56,025 nucleotides of DNA, from the NCBI GenBank assembly GCA_023137195.1, contig JAGLPV010000006.1:1-56025 (forward strand). Reading direction: 5' to 3'. Below, piece by piece: positions 8,736 to 18,692 of the stretch. Position numbers and translations under genes: made by a program. How positions within the stretch are numbered: position 1 is the first letter of the stretch; the number at the start of each line of letters is the position of its first letter. The notes below the pieces were generated by a model, which made no database searches, was not told the DNA's origin, and saw nothing but the letters and a program-made list of their open reading frames with translations. This DNA comes from Candidatus Aenigmatarchaeota archaeon. Its GTDB lineage: Archaea; EX4484-52.

Positions 8736-9449
8736 ATGCATCTAAAAAGAATAATAGTTCCGGACAGTTACAGGCAGAAGAAAAAGGAGTTGACTTTTTC
8801 AATAGCAGTATGCCCGGGTCCGCATAAGGCAAAAAAGAGCATTCCTCTGGCAACAACATTAAGGGATGTTTTAAAATACGCATCTATTGCAAAAGAGGCA
8901 AAAAGAATATTATCAAAGAAAGAGATATTCGTTGATGCAAAGGCAAGAACAAATTACAAATACGGCATCGGATTCATGGATATTATTTCTATTCCAAAAA
9001 CAGGAGACTTCTTCAGGGTTGTGATAAAGGACAAAAAACTAAACTTGACAGCCATTGACAAAAAAGAAGCAGACAAAAAAATATGCCAAATCACAGGAAA
9101 ATCAAAAATCAAAAAAGGAATTGTCCAGCTTCATCTTCACGACGGGAAAAACATACTCGTTGATTCAAAAGACAAGAATGCTTCAAACTACTCTGTAGGA
9201 GACAGTATTTTAATAACTCTTCCAAAACAGGAAATAAAAGAGCACCTTCCTTTATCAAAAGACGCTTTTGTAATGATAACAGATGGTAAAAATAAAGGTC
9301 TTATTGGCAATATCGCAGAAATTAAGGAAGTAAAAGGATTTAAACCGGCATCTTATGTTGTTAAGACAAAAGAAGAAGAAAAACACATAACAATGAAGCC
9401 ATACATTTTCGTTATTGGAAATAAAGAGGCATCAGTTAAGATAAACTAA
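8736..9449 (+). CDS. rps4e: 30S ribosomal protein eS4 (S4e)
   Basis: MHLKR...PGPH...SIPL...LRD.LKYA, VD.K.RT...Y.IGFMD, QLHLHDGKNIL, ITDGKNKG. Confidence 0.97.
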   Translation: MHLKRIIVPDSYRQKKKELTFSIAVCPGPHKAKKSIPLATTLRDVLKYASIAKEAKRILSKKEIFVDAKARTNYKYGIGFMDIISIPKTGDFFRVVIKDKKLNLTAIDKKEADKKICQITGKSKIKKGIVQLHLHDGKNILVDSKDKNASNYSVGDSILITLPKQEIKEHLPLSKDAFVMITDGKNKGLIGNIAEIKEVKGFKPASYVVKTKEEEKHITMKPYIFVIGNKEASVKIN

Positions 9450-9456
9450 TTATATT

Positions 9457-10023
9457 ATGGATAAAAAAGTTGAGCAGAAAACAAAGCAAACAGACAAACC
9501 AAAAAAAGACAAATCTCAAAATCCAATGAGAAAAATAAAAATAGAAAAAGTATTACTCAGCGTCGGTCTAAAAGAAAGCGGAGAACCTGTAGAGAGAGTA
9601 TTCAAGCTTGTAAAAAAAATAACAGGTTCAAACCCGACAAGGACACAGACAACAAGAAATGCAAGGACATTCAGGTTAAGAAGAGGTCTTGACATAGGAG
9701 TCAAGGTAACACTACGCGGAAAAAAAGCAGAGCTATTTTTGAAAAAAGCCCTGGGTGGTGTTGAAGATAAATTGAAAAAATCATGTTTCGACAATAACGG
9801 GAATGTAAGTTTCGGCATAAAAGAACATCTTGACATTCCGGGAGAAGAGTTTGACCCAACAATAGGAATATTCGGTTTTAATATAAATACAACCCTTACA
9901 AGGGGCGGATTCAGGATAAGGCGAAGAAAAGTTAAAGCAAAAAGTATTCCGACTTCCATCAGGATAAAACAGGACGAATCAATTGATTTTTTTAAAAAAA
10001 ATTATAATGTTAGCCTTCTTTAA
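9457..10023 (+). CDS. rpl5: 50S ribosomal protein uL5
   Basis: NPMRKIKIEKV, IGVKVTLRG, FDNNGNVSFGIKEHLDIPG..FDP.IGIFG. Confidence 0.97.
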   Translation: MDKKVEQKTKQTDKPKKDKSQNPMRKIKIEKVLLSVGLKESGEPVERVFKLVKKITGSNPTRTQTTRNARTFRLRRGLDIGVKVTLRGKKAELFLKKALGGVEDKLKKSCFDNNGNVSFGIKEHLDIPGEEFDPTIGIFGFNINTTLTRGGFRIRRRKVKAKSIPTSIRIKQDESIDFFKKNYNVSLL

Positions 10024-10065
10024 ATCACAACATTTATATATTTCTAAAACTATATAATCAATAGA

Positions 10066-10719
10066 ATGATTCCAATTAATTTTGACATACACGAAGCCAT
10101 TGAAGTTTTAAAGCCATTGGCATTTTTTGTCTTAGGCATGACAGTATATGCAATATTTATTTTCAAGTTCTACCGGTTTTTGGCAAGAAAAGACATCATT
10201 CCCCTAAACTTAAACCAATACAACAGGGCAGAACACCCATTACTAATAAAAACATTTAGTATTTTTTTTTATTTGATTGAATATATTATATTGTTCCCGA
10301 TATTTACATTCTTCTGGTTCGCAGTATTTGTAGTGTTGCTTTCGTTTATGGCAAAAGGTCAGCCATTGGAAAGCATTTTACTGGTTTCCATAGCCGTGGT
10401 CGGAGTGATAAGAGTTACTGCATATTATAATGAGGATTTGTCCAAGGATCTTGCCAAGATGCTTCCATTTGCATTGCTGGGAATATTTCTGGTTGATATA
10501 TCTTATTTTTCATTTGGAGAATCATTCGATACCATAAAACAGATTCCGGAAATGCAGGGTATTTTAATATATTATCTGGTATTTGTGGTTGCTTTAGAGT
10601 TCGTTCTAAGGGTCAGTAGCAACACAATCTCTCTTTTTATCAAAAAAGAAGAAGAAATTGATATTTTCGAGGAAGAGATAGAAAATAATCCAAGTCTGGA
10701 CGAAAAGTCTGAAAATTAA
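10066..10719 (+). CDS. Hypothetical multi-pass membrane protein
   Basis: About 5 hydrophobic segments, conserved-looking FYRFLARKDI and RVTAYYNEDLSKDLAKMLPFALLG, acidic tail, and TTTATATA at 10033-10040 upstream. Confidence 0.8.
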   Translation: MIPINFDIHEAIEVLKPLAFFVLGMTVYAIFIFKFYRFLARKDIIPLNLNQYNRAEHPLLIKTFSIFFYLIEYIILFPIFTFFWFAVFVVLLSFMAKGQPLESILLVSIAVVGVIRVTAYYNEDLSKDLAKMLPFALLGIFLVDISYFSFGESFDTIKQIPEMQGILIYYLVFVVALEFVLRVSSNTISLFIKKEEEIDIFEEEIENNPSLDEKSEN

Positions 10720-10720
10720 T

Positions 10721-10902
10721 TTATATCGCGGCACAAAAGTAATCATGGAAGTTTCCTTATGATTATTACTACTTCCAAGAGTCATTTTGTGAAGCAAAAT
10801 GTCTCAAATATTGTAAACTGCGTTAGTAAATATTTGCAGATTTTTCTTGTTTCCTTGCAGTTATGCAACAACAAAAAAATGCAAGTATGTGGCGCGATAT
10901 AA
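10721..10902. mobile_element. Putative MITE-like non-coding element with 15-bp terminal inverted repeats
   Basis: TTATATCGCGGCACA (10721-10735) and TGTGGCGCGATATAA (10888-10902), one mismatch. A collapsed copy lies at 7654-7693. No transposase in the window. Confidence 0.45.
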
Positions 10903-11028
10903 TCTCAAACGCAATTATATTACCCGTTATGCTAATTGCGTCTTCGAATATATTCACCCGCTCTTTGCGGTCGAATATACTAGCAAAATACATAAATGCT
11001 ATCTAAATACAGATATTATATAGTTATA

Positions 11029-12543
11029 TTATTTATGTGTTTTGTTATATAATCGTTCCTTCAAAACACGGCAAATATCCTTTATCTTTATCCGCTCCTG
11101 TTTTTTTGTATCTCGGTCTCTTAAAGTAACACATTTATCATCCCTGGACTCATAATCAACCGTTATGCAAAAAGGCGTGCCGATTTCATCCTGTCGGGCA
11201 TATCTCCTGCCGATTGAACCGGATGTATCATACTGGACATTTATTCCCAGATCAAGTATTTGTGTATATACTTCTTTTGCCTCTGTTTTTAGTTTATTGA
11301 CTAATGGCAAAACAGCCGCTTTCACAGGGGAGAGAGATTTTTCAAAATGCATAATTGTGTAATCCGCTCCTTTATCATCTTTAAAGGTATCTGCGTTTTC
11401 AAACAAAAGTGACAAAAATATCCTGTCCAGCCCGGATGAGGGTTCAATGCAGTGAGGAATGACTTTTTCTTCTTTATTGTTCAATATCTCCTGGTTCTGT
11501 CCTGAGAATTTCTGGTGCTGTGTGAGATCAAACTGTCCTCTGTCCGCAATGCCAACAATTTCCTTGAATCCAAACGGAAACCTGTATTCAATATCAAATG
11601 TCTGGCTCGAATAGTGAGATAGTTCTTCTGTCAGATGCTGTCTAATTCTCAAATTTTCATTTTTTATGCCTATTTTTTTAAACCACACAATATATTGCCA
11701 AATCCAGTAAGCAAGCCATCTTTCCTTGATTATTTTCTTTTTTATCAATTCATCAAAGCTGTATGCTTTTTCCTCAAGCTCTTTTTTCTGCATGTCTTCT
11801 GTCCAGACAAGCACTTTTTCCTTTAGCATTTCAGAAATATCTTTTAGTTCGCATGCTTCATCTTTCGGGTCAACAAAGAACTCAATTTCCATCTGCTCAA
11901 ATTCACGCGACCTGAACAAAAAGTTCCTGGGAGATATTTCATTCCTATATGCCTTCCCAATCTGCGCAATGCCGAAGGGAAGTTTCTTTCTCGAGGAATT
12001 CTGGACCAGTTTAAAGTTTGAAAAAATCAGTTGCGCTGTTTCAGGTCTTAAAATCGCTTTTGATTCATCTGATTCAATAGGACCTACATTTGTCTCAAAA
12101 AGCAGGTTGAATGGTTTAGCTTCGCCAAAAGCCCCTTTGCATCCGGGACATGTTATTTTCTTTTCTTTTATGAGCTCATTTATTTTTTCAGCACTCATCC
12201 CGTCAGTCTGTATTTTCAGGACATCTTCAATCAAATGATCTGCACGAAAGGAGCCATTGCATTTTTCACATTTTACAAGCACATCTGTAAAATTCTGCGT
12301 GTGTCCGCTCGCATCCCATACTTGCTTTTTAGAGAGGATTGAAGCATCAATCCCGATTACATTTTCATTCATGTAGATAAAGTGAGACCACCACGAGGAC
12401 TTTATATTGTTTTTCAATTCAACGCCAAGGTGTCCATAATCCCAGACACCAGCCAACCCATTGCCTCCATACAAAATAGAATTCGGAAAGACAAATCCTT
12501 TTTCCTTGCAAAAAGACTGTACTCCTGTAATCGTTTTTTTCAT
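11029..12543 (-). CDS. glyS: Glycine--tRNA ligase (alpha2, archaeal/eukaryotic type)
   Basis: WDYGHLGVELKNNI, LRPETAQ, FGIAQIGKAYRNEISPRNFLFRSREFEQMEIE, IEPSSGLDR and SGSIGRRYARQDEIGTPFCITVD. Start placed at ATG 12543, with a TATA-like box at 12567-12574. Confidence 0.97.
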   Translation of the reverse strand: MKKTITGVQSFCKEKGFVFPNSILYGGNGLAGVWDYGHLGVELKNNIKSSWWSHFIYMNENVIGIDASILSKKQVWDASGHTQNFTDVLVKCEKCNGSFRADHLIEDVLKIQTDGMSAEKINELIKEKKITCPGCKGAFGEAKPFNLLFETNVGPIESDESKAILRPETAQLIFSNFKLVQNSSRKKLPFGIAQIGKAYRNEISPRNFLFRSREFEQMEIEFFVDPKDEACELKDISEMLKEKVLVWTEDMQKKELEEKAYSFDELIKKKIIKERWLAYWIWQYIVWFKKIGIKNENLRIRQHLTEELSHYSSQTFDIEYRFPFGFKEIVGIADRGQFDLTQHQKFSGQNQEILNNKEEKVIPHCIEPSSGLDRIFLSLLFENADTFKDDKGADYTIMHFEKSLSPVKAAVLPLVNKLKTEAKEVYTQILDLGINVQYDTSGSIGRRYARQDEIGTPFCITVDYESRDDKCVTLRDRDTKKQERIKIKDICRVLKERLYNKTHK

Positions 12544-12698
12544 AATAAATATATTAATGCGCAATATTTTTAAATTAACATAGTTTTTAGTAATAAACAA
12601 AGATGCATGGAATTTATTTTGTTATATTGCGAAATAAAAATACAAAAATTTACTCGACATAAGTTTATATTATTTTTGAGTTAAAAATAGTAGATATT

Positions 12699-13334
12699 AT
12701 GGAAACCAAAAGAAAGATAGTCTTTTTAAGTGCCTTATTTGTTATTGGTATTTTGCTGGTTGGTTTAACTATTGCAAAGCCAAACGATAGAGCACAAAAA
12801 GCATGCAGAGACGGAATAGACAACGATGGAGATGGATATGTGGATCTGGACGACCCAGGATGTAGTTCAAAAAATGATATAAGCGAACTAAATTCCGGCG
12901 TGGAATGTGATGACGGAATAGACAACGATGGAGATAATTCAGTAGACTACAACGATGCCGGATGCAGTGGACCAACAGACAATGATGAAACCAATTGCGG
13001 AGATAGTGTTTGTGAAGGAGGAGAGACACAACAAACCTGCCTGGAAGACTGCGGATACCCAGAATACTGTGGAGATGGTACATGCAACGCTAACGAAACA
13101 CAACAAACCTGCCCGGAAGACTGCGGATACCCCTTTTCGTGCCATGATACAGATGGAGGCTTTTCAATAGATATACAAGGGACTGTAATCGGATACAATG
13201 GAATAAATTATACATATACAGATTATTGTTCTAATAACATCACATTGACAGAATATTACTGTCTTGGAAATGAGCCACAGAGTTATGAATTATCTTGTAA
13301 TATGAGCTATTGCCATATAGGAAGATGCGTTTAA
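12699..13334 (+). CDS. Secreted or membrane-anchored Cys-rich protein with Ca-binding-like repeats
   Basis: N-terminal hydrophobic helix, 2x C.DGIDNDGD..VD..D.GC, 2x CGD..C...ETQQTC.EDCGYP, and a C.DTDGG...G...YTDYC...L.EYYC module. Confidence 0.85.
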   Translation: METKRKIVFLSALFVIGILLVGLTIAKPNDRAQKACRDGIDNDGDGYVDLDDPGCSSKNDISELNSGVECDDGIDNDGDNSVDYNDAGCSGPTDNDETNCGDSVCEGGETQQTCLEDCGYPEYCGDGTCNANETQQTCPEDCGYPFSCHDTDGGFSIDIQGTVIGYNGINYTYTDYCSNNITLTEYYCLGNEPQSYELSCNMSYCHIGRCV

Positions 13335-13339
13335 ATTAA

Positions 13340-13360
13340 TTTTTTCTTTTTTTTTCTTTA
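13340..13360 (+). terminator. Oligo-T archaeal terminator candidate
   Basis: T-rich run (TTTTTTCTTTTTTTTTCTT) directly after the stop at 13334. Confidence 0.5.
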
Positions 13361-13515
13361 TAAAAATTTATTTTTTTATAGTATATTGCTAAAGAAACAA
13401 AATACATTATACATAAATAAGAATCAATCAATCTCTTCTGTTAAATAAACCACAATAAGCAGGACAAAGAAAAGACATATTTTTAAAGCTTTTTACTTCT
13501 TTAAATACATTGATT

Positions 13516-13854
13516 ATGACAGGAGCAAAAAACATTGGCGTTAAAGTGAGCGTCAAGCCAAAAGAAGAATGCAGTGATGACAATTGTCCTTTCCACAACA
13601 CAGTAAAAATAAGAGGAAATATATTTGAAGGCATCGTTGTTTCAGATAAGATGGACAAGACAGTAGTGGTTGAAATCAACTATCTTCATAAATTAAAGAA
13701 ATACAAGGCATATGAACGAAGAAAAACAAAGCTATATGTTCATGTACCGGAATGTTTGGACGCGAAAAAAGGAGAAAAAGTAAAGATTGGAGAATGCAGA
13801 CCGCTTTCAAAAACAAAGAAATTTGTGCTTATAGATAAATTAAAGAAGGATTAA
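13516..13854 (+). CDS. rps17: 30S ribosomal protein uS17
   Basis: NIG..V..P...C.D.NCPFH, G.VVSDKMDKTVVV, IGECRPLSKTKKF. TTTTTAAA at 13480-13487 supports ATG 13516. Confidence 0.97.
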   Translation: MTGAKNIGVKVSVKPKEECSDDNCPFHNTVKIRGNIFEGIVVSDKMDKTVVVEINYLHKLKKYKAYERRKTKLYVHVPECLDAKKGEKVKIGECRPLSKTKKFVLIDKLKKD

Positions 13855-13855
13855 A

Positions 13856-14254
13856 ATGAAGGCAATGACAATTAAAAACACAAAAGGCATTTTAGTAGGA
13901 ACAAGATTAAAATGCGCTGATAATACAGGAGCAAAAAGACTAAATGTTATTGCTGTTAAAGGTTTTAGGGGAGTGAAGAACAGGATTCCTTCTGCCGGTG
14001 TAGGTTCAGTAATAATTTGCTCTGTAATAGCAGGAAAACAAAAAATAATGCATGAAGTTGTAAAAGCAGTTGTTGTAAGGCAAAAAAGACCATTTAGGCG
14101 TCCAAATGGAGTGCATGTCCGTTTTGAAGACAACGCAGCAGTAATTGTTGATGACAAATACGAGCCAAAAGGAAAAGAAGTAAAATCTGTCATTGCAAAG
14201 GAAGTAATAGAGCGATTCTCGACAATAGGAAAGATTGCAAGGGTTGTTGCTTAA
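13856..14254 (+). CDS. rpl14: 50S ribosomal protein uL14
   Basis: CADNTGAK, AVVVRQKRPFRRPNG, FEDNAAVIV. Confidence 0.98.
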   Translation: MKAMTIKNTKGILVGTRLKCADNTGAKRLNVIAVKGFRGVKNRIPSAGVGSVIICSVIAGKQKIMHEVVKAVVVRQKRPFRRPNGVHVRFEDNAAVIVDDKYEPKGKEVKSVIAKEVIERFSTIGKIARVVA

Positions 14255-14283
14255 ATTATTTTTGAATACACTTTTGTTTTTTA

Positions 14284-14726
14284 ATTGTGTATAAACTATA
14301 TCTTACGTATAAGTTTAGACATTATATACAAATCATTTTGGATATAACATTAAATGTATTTTCTCCGAAGGAGAAAACATTGGAAGTAGTATTGCTCGTA
14401 GGGAAACTTCCATTGGTAAATTTCATAAGACTCTTTTATTGCAACATGAAAAAATCCTGCACAATCTAAAAAAATCAAATTCGCAGGATTTTGTTATTGT
14501 ATATAAAGTGTAAATTTCGTAAGGAACTTTAGATATTGTGTATAAAATGTATCTTGCGTACAATTTTAGACACAACATTAAAAGAAGTAACTTTCATAAG
14601 ACTCTTTTATTGCAACATGAAAATTTTTTCCATATTTTTCGTTAAAAAATTTGCTTGTTACAGTAAATTACGAAAGGAAGTAATAACAAAAGCTTAAAAT
14701 TAGTAGGTTGCGTAAGACTCTTTTAT
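14284..14726. repeat. Composite intergenic repeat cluster (modules A, B, C)
   Basis: A: ATTGTGTATAAA..TATCTT.CGTA.AA.TTTAGACA at 14284-14321 and 14535-14572, degenerate at 14496-14535. B: exact 32-mer TTTCATAAGACTCTTTTATTGCAACATGAAAA at 14421 and 14592, partial at 14713. C: hairpin TGGAAGT...ACTTCCA at 14381-14412. Confidence 0.85.
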
Positions 14727-14938
14727 GATTTTTGCTTGCAATATCTCAAAATTCAACAGTTCTTTTTTTTGGGGATTTTATCAAACTCAAATTCAACCGG
14801 TTCTGTATTGACCGTTTTTCTCCTGCATTTCGGACATCTTTGTTCAAGAGTGTATTTTTTGCAGTTTCTGCAAAAATTAATGTTAGGCATAGTGTATATT
14901 AATTAATACATTTAAAATATTTATCGTTCAGGAAAACT

Positions 14939-16165
14939 ATGGTTTCAGTATGCTTCTATTTTCAGGTTCATCAACCCAGGAGAGTGAAGTATTTTTCCGA
15001 CATGAAAAATCCAAAATCCATAGAGGAATTGGAAGAAGCGATTTTCTTTGACAAAAAAAACAAAGAAGTGATGGAAAAAGTAGCAGGGAAATGCTATATG
15101 CCGGCAAACCGGACAATGCTGGACCAGATAGATTTATACAAGGGAGAGAAAAAGAAATTCAAGATAAGCTATTCTATTTCAGGCATATTTCTGGATCAGC
15201 TCGAGATGTTTGGCATGGACGAGCTTCTGGATTCATTCAAAGATTTGTCAAAAACAGGATGCGTTGAATTCCTAAATGAAACATATTACCATTCTCTTTC
15301 AAGCTTTTACGGCAAAGGCACAGACAGACCCGAATTCAAAGAGCAGATACAGATGCACAACAAAAAAATAAAAGAATTATTCAAATACGATGCAAAGGTA
15401 TTCAGAAATACAGAACTATTATTCAACAATTCAATTGCAAAAACCGTAGAGCAGATGGGATATATGGGAATACTTGCAGAAGGCGTTGAAAGAGTACTAA
15501 TTAACCCACCTTACACCCCGGAGCACATCTATAAATTAAAGGACGAAGAATCCCATATTTCTGTGCTTCTTCGCCACTATAAATTAAGCGACGACATAGC
15601 ATACAGGTTTTCTGCAAAGTGGGCAGATGCATGGCCTCTTACCGCAGATAAATTCGGCAATTGGATAAAGGAGTGCCAGGGAGAGACAATAAACCTCTTC
15701 ATGGATTATGAAACATTTGGCGAACACCAGTGGGAAGACACAGGCATATTTGATTTTATGAAATTCCTCCCTTACGAAGTGATAAAACAAGACCACATGG
15801 ATTTTGCAACCCCCACAGAAGTAATCTCCAGATACCCCCAGAGAGGAATTATTGATGTAGAGGATTTATCAACAAATTCATGGGCGGATCTGGAAAGAGA
15901 CTGTTCTGCATGGCTGGGAAATGATATGCAAAGATATGTTTTCGACCAGATAAAACAAAGAGGAGATAAAGTAAGACAGGCAAACAACGAAAAACTCACC
16001 GCAATATGGAGAAGCCTCCAGACCTCAGATATGCTCTATTATATGTGCACAAAATACTGGGGCGATGGAGATGTGCATAAATATTTCAGTCCTTACGATA
16101 CGCCGCACCAGGCATTTGAAAACATGCTCGGCGCTTTATCCTGCTTGGACAGGGTTCTGCCTTAG
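14939..16165 (+). CDS. Glycoside hydrolase family 57 (alpha-amylase type)
   Basis: YFQVHQP.R, ETYYHSL, FRNTEL (nucleophile Glu), LSDDIAYRFS, INLFMDYETFGEHQW, SWAD.ERD.SAWLGN. Confidence 0.95.
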   Translation: MVSVCFYFQVHQPRRVKYFSDMKNPKSIEELEEAIFFDKKNKEVMEKVAGKCYMPANRTMLDQIDLYKGEKKKFKISYSISGIFLDQLEMFGMDELLDSFKDLSKTGCVEFLNETYYHSLSSFYGKGTDRPEFKEQIQMHNKKIKELFKYDAKVFRNTELLFNNSIAKTVEQMGYMGILAEGVERVLINPPYTPEHIYKLKDEESHISVLLRHYKLSDDIAYRFSAKWADAWPLTADKFGNWIKECQGETINLFMDYETFGEHQWEDTGIFDFMKFLPYEVIKQDHMDFATPTEVISRYPQRGIIDVEDLSTNSWADLERDCSAWLGNDMQRYVFDQIKQRGDKVRQANNEKLTAIWRSLQTSDMLYYMCTKYWGDGDVHKYFSPYDTPHQAFENMLGALSCLDRVLP

Positions 16166-17262
16166 AAAAATATGACTAAGATAGGAATCAGAAAAAATAT
16201 AGTTACAACATAGATTAAAGGAATTATTCTCGAAGTCATTGCGCTATCTCCGATTTTTCTTGAAAGATAAAGGGGAATGAACCGGATAGGGTATATGAGA
16301 AATATGCCAAATATATTAAACAGGCAATGTACTAGAGCAACTGCAAGAGCAGCAGAACTTCCTAAGGCAAGAGAAGCCAAAAGAGCAGTGATGGTTGTTC
16401 CTACATTAGCTCCAAGAATATAGGGATAAACCGATTCCAGGACAACAAACCCTGTTCCTGCAAATGGGACAATCAGGGATGTTGTAACAGAACTGCTCTG
16501 TACAAATGCAGTCAACAATAAGCCAAGTACAAAACACCTTTTATGGCTTTTAAAAATCGAATGGTGTATGACATCCCGAAATTCTGTTTTTGCAAGCGGC
16601 TTTAGGATATTTACAAAAGAAGCAAGAGATAAGAACAGCATGGCAAAAGAAAGTATTGCCAGGGCATGCGCATTGTTGCTGAAAATATATTTGAAAAAAT
16701 CCACAGATGGACTAATGATATAGGCAAGCGGACTTTTAAAAGAAAGATTTGTTATTGTCCCTGCGGCAGACCCGAATAATAAATCAGTAATAAACAATGC
16801 CGATTTTTCCAGGATATGAAAACGCAGCTCAAGCGGGAAAAAAATAAGGACAGCAAGGACATTGTGCGTGTCATGAAGAATTGCCGCCTCAAAAGCATTC
16901 TTAAATTCCTTTCTTTTGCGTATATGCGTAATCGAAACAATAGTGTTTGTAATTGTAGTGCCTATGTTCGCCCCCAGTATTATTGGAATTGCATTAGTCA
17001 ATGTCAAACATTCACATGCGACCAAGCCCACTACAAGAGCAGTTGTGAAAGAAGAACTCTGGACGACGCTCGTCACAAGAACGCCGATAAATAAAGCAAC
17101 AAAAGGATTTGCAGTCATAGACACGAGAGACTCGGCAAAATCGTTTCCAAATAGTTTAAATGAAGAAGACATCAGTTTTATGCTCAAAAGAAAAAAATAG
17201 AGAAGAACGAGTGAGATAAGTATTTTTTTTGTTATTTCTTTTTGGTGTGATTTTAGTTTCAT
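16162..17262 (-). CDS. Na+/phosphate cotransporter (NptA/SLC34 family)
   Basis: Two repeats of VQSSS and GAN(I/V)GTTIT, with many TM helices. Confidence 0.93.
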   Translation of the reverse strand: MKLKSHQKEITKKILISLVLLYFFLLSIKLMSSSFKLFGNDFAESLVSMTANPFVALFIGVLVTSVVQSSSFTTALVVGLVACECLTLTNAIPIILGANIGTTITNTIVSITHIRKRKEFKNAFEAAILHDTHNVLAVLIFFPLELRFHILEKSALFITDLLFGSAAGTITNLSFKSPLAYIISPSVDFFKYIFSNNAHALAILSFAMLFLSLASFVNILKPLAKTEFRDVIHHSIFKSHKRCFVLGLLLTAFVQSSSVTTSLIVPFAGTGFVVLESVYPYILGANVGTTITALLASLALGSSAALAVALVHCLFNIFGIFLIYPIRFIPLYLSRKIGDSAMTSRIIPLIYVVTIFFLIPILVIFF

Positions 17263-17305
17263 ATATAATCTTATCTTTTTTAAATCTCCAATATATAAAT
17301 AGTTT

Positions 17306-18256
17306 ATGTTATCAAAATCGTGCCAAAAAAAAATAGTTCAGGTTATTGAAAAAATAAAACCAAAAAGGATTGCAGTGACAATGCCGGAAGGCATGAAAAT
17401 GGATTTGAAAGAAATTGCTCAACTTATAGAATACAACAACTGCGAAGTTGTTTTAATTGTTGAGCCATGTTTCGGAGCATGTGACCTAAGAGATTGGGAG
17501 GCACAGTTGCTTGACTGCGATTTATTGCTCCATTTAGGACACAGTGATTTTGGTCTAAAGACAATGGTTCCGACAGAATATATTGAAGTTTTCAGCGACT
17601 ATTCTCCATTCCAACAGGTAAAAAACAATCTTAAAAAATTAGAAAAATACAAAAAAATTGCCCTTTGCTCAACAGTCCAGCATATTTTAGAACTGGAAAA
17701 AATAAAGGACTTTTTAGAGCAAAACAAAAAAATCGTATTTGTTCCAAAATCAAAAAAAGCAAAATACGACGGTCAGGTTTTAGGCTGTGATGCCTCCGGT
17801 CCAGAGACAATAAACAGCAATATTGACTGTGTGTTATTCGTTGGAGGAGGACTATTTCACGCTTTTCAGATTCTGGAAAAAACAACCATACCTGTGTTGA
17901 CCATAGGACCGGACAAAAAAGAAATTACAGACATAACAGGAAAAAGAGAGTTGATATTAAAGAGAAAGATAATAAAGCAAAAAAAATTTGAATATTCTAA
18001 AACAATAGGACTGTTGGTATCCTTCAAGCGAGGTCAACTCAAAAAAAACATCTTTGAAATCAAAAAAAAACTAGAAGGGCAGGGAAAAGAAGTATATATT
18101 CTTGCAATGGATTATATTTCAAAAGAAAAAATTCTCGGGATTGATGCAGAGGTACTCGTAAATACCGCCTGCCCAAGAATCGAGGAAGATAATATTTTTG
18201 ATGTTCCTGTGATTAATTTAGAGGACATTATTTTTCAGCAACAAAAACAAAAATAA
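17306..18256 (+). CDS. dph2: Diphthamide biosynthesis enzyme Dph2
   Basis: PEG.K, PCFGACDL, HLGHS, GQVLGC, GGGLFH and NTACPRI, including the three Fe-S cysteines. Confidence 0.95.
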   Translation: MLSKSCQKKIVQVIEKIKPKRIAVTMPEGMKMDLKEIAQLIEYNNCEVVLIVEPCFGACDLRDWEAQLLDCDLLLHLGHSDFGLKTMVPTEYIEVFSDYSPFQQVKNNLKKLEKYKKIALCSTVQHILELEKIKDFLEQNKKIVFVPKSKKAKYDGQVLGCDASGPETINSNIDCVLFVGGGLFHAFQILEKTTIPVLTIGPDKKEITDITGKRELILKRKIIKQKKFEYSKTIGLLVSFKRGQLKKNIFEIKKKLEGQGKEVYILAMDYISKEKILGIDAEVLVNTACPRIEEDNIFDVPVINLEDIIFQQQKQK

Positions 18257-18303
18257 ATTAATTTCAATAGCTTTATATTATTTATGTATAAATATGGGTT
18301 AAT

Positions 18304-18687
18304 ATGGGCGTATGGCATTTAAGATCAAAGCGAAAAAATACAGGCGGATTACTGAGAAGAGATTCTAAATCCAAGAAAAGTCAAATGGGATCTCTCCCAA
18401 CACAAACAACAATAGCACCAATTAAGCTAAAAGAAAAAAAGACAAGAGGTGGAAGCGTAAAGAAAACCATAATTTCCACAGATAAAATAAATGTATTTGA
18501 TAAAACAAAAAAGGCATTTAAAATAGCAAAAATAATTTCTATTGTAAAAAATCCCGCAAATCCTCATTTTATAAGAAGAACCCTTATGACAAAAGGAGCA
18601 ATCATAAAAACAGATATGGGAAATGTCAAAATAACATCAAGACCGGGTCAAAATCCGTCTTTAAATGGCGTTTTAGCAGAGAAATAA
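18304..18687 (+). CDS. rps8e: 30S ribosomal protein eS8 (S8e)
   Basis: RSKRKNTGG, TRGG, NPANPHF.RR..MTKGAII.T..G...ITSRPGQ...LNGVL. Confidence 0.97.
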   Translation: MGVWHLRSKRKNTGGLLRRDSKSKKSQMGSLPTQTTIAPIKLKEKKTRGGSVKKTIISTDKINVFDKTKKAFKIAKIISIVKNPANPHFIRRTLMTKGAIIKTDMGNVKITSRPGQNPSLNGVLAEK

Positions 18688-18692
18688 AAAAT

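Noticed and set aside
14421-14623. 32-bp exact repeat with palindromic ends as a CRISPR array
   Set aside because: Only two full copies, separated by 139 nt that contain other repeats. No cas genes in the window.
14255-14938. Replication origin
   Set aside because: No ORB-like GTTCCA.TGGA / G-string motif and no cdc6/orc1 neighbour.
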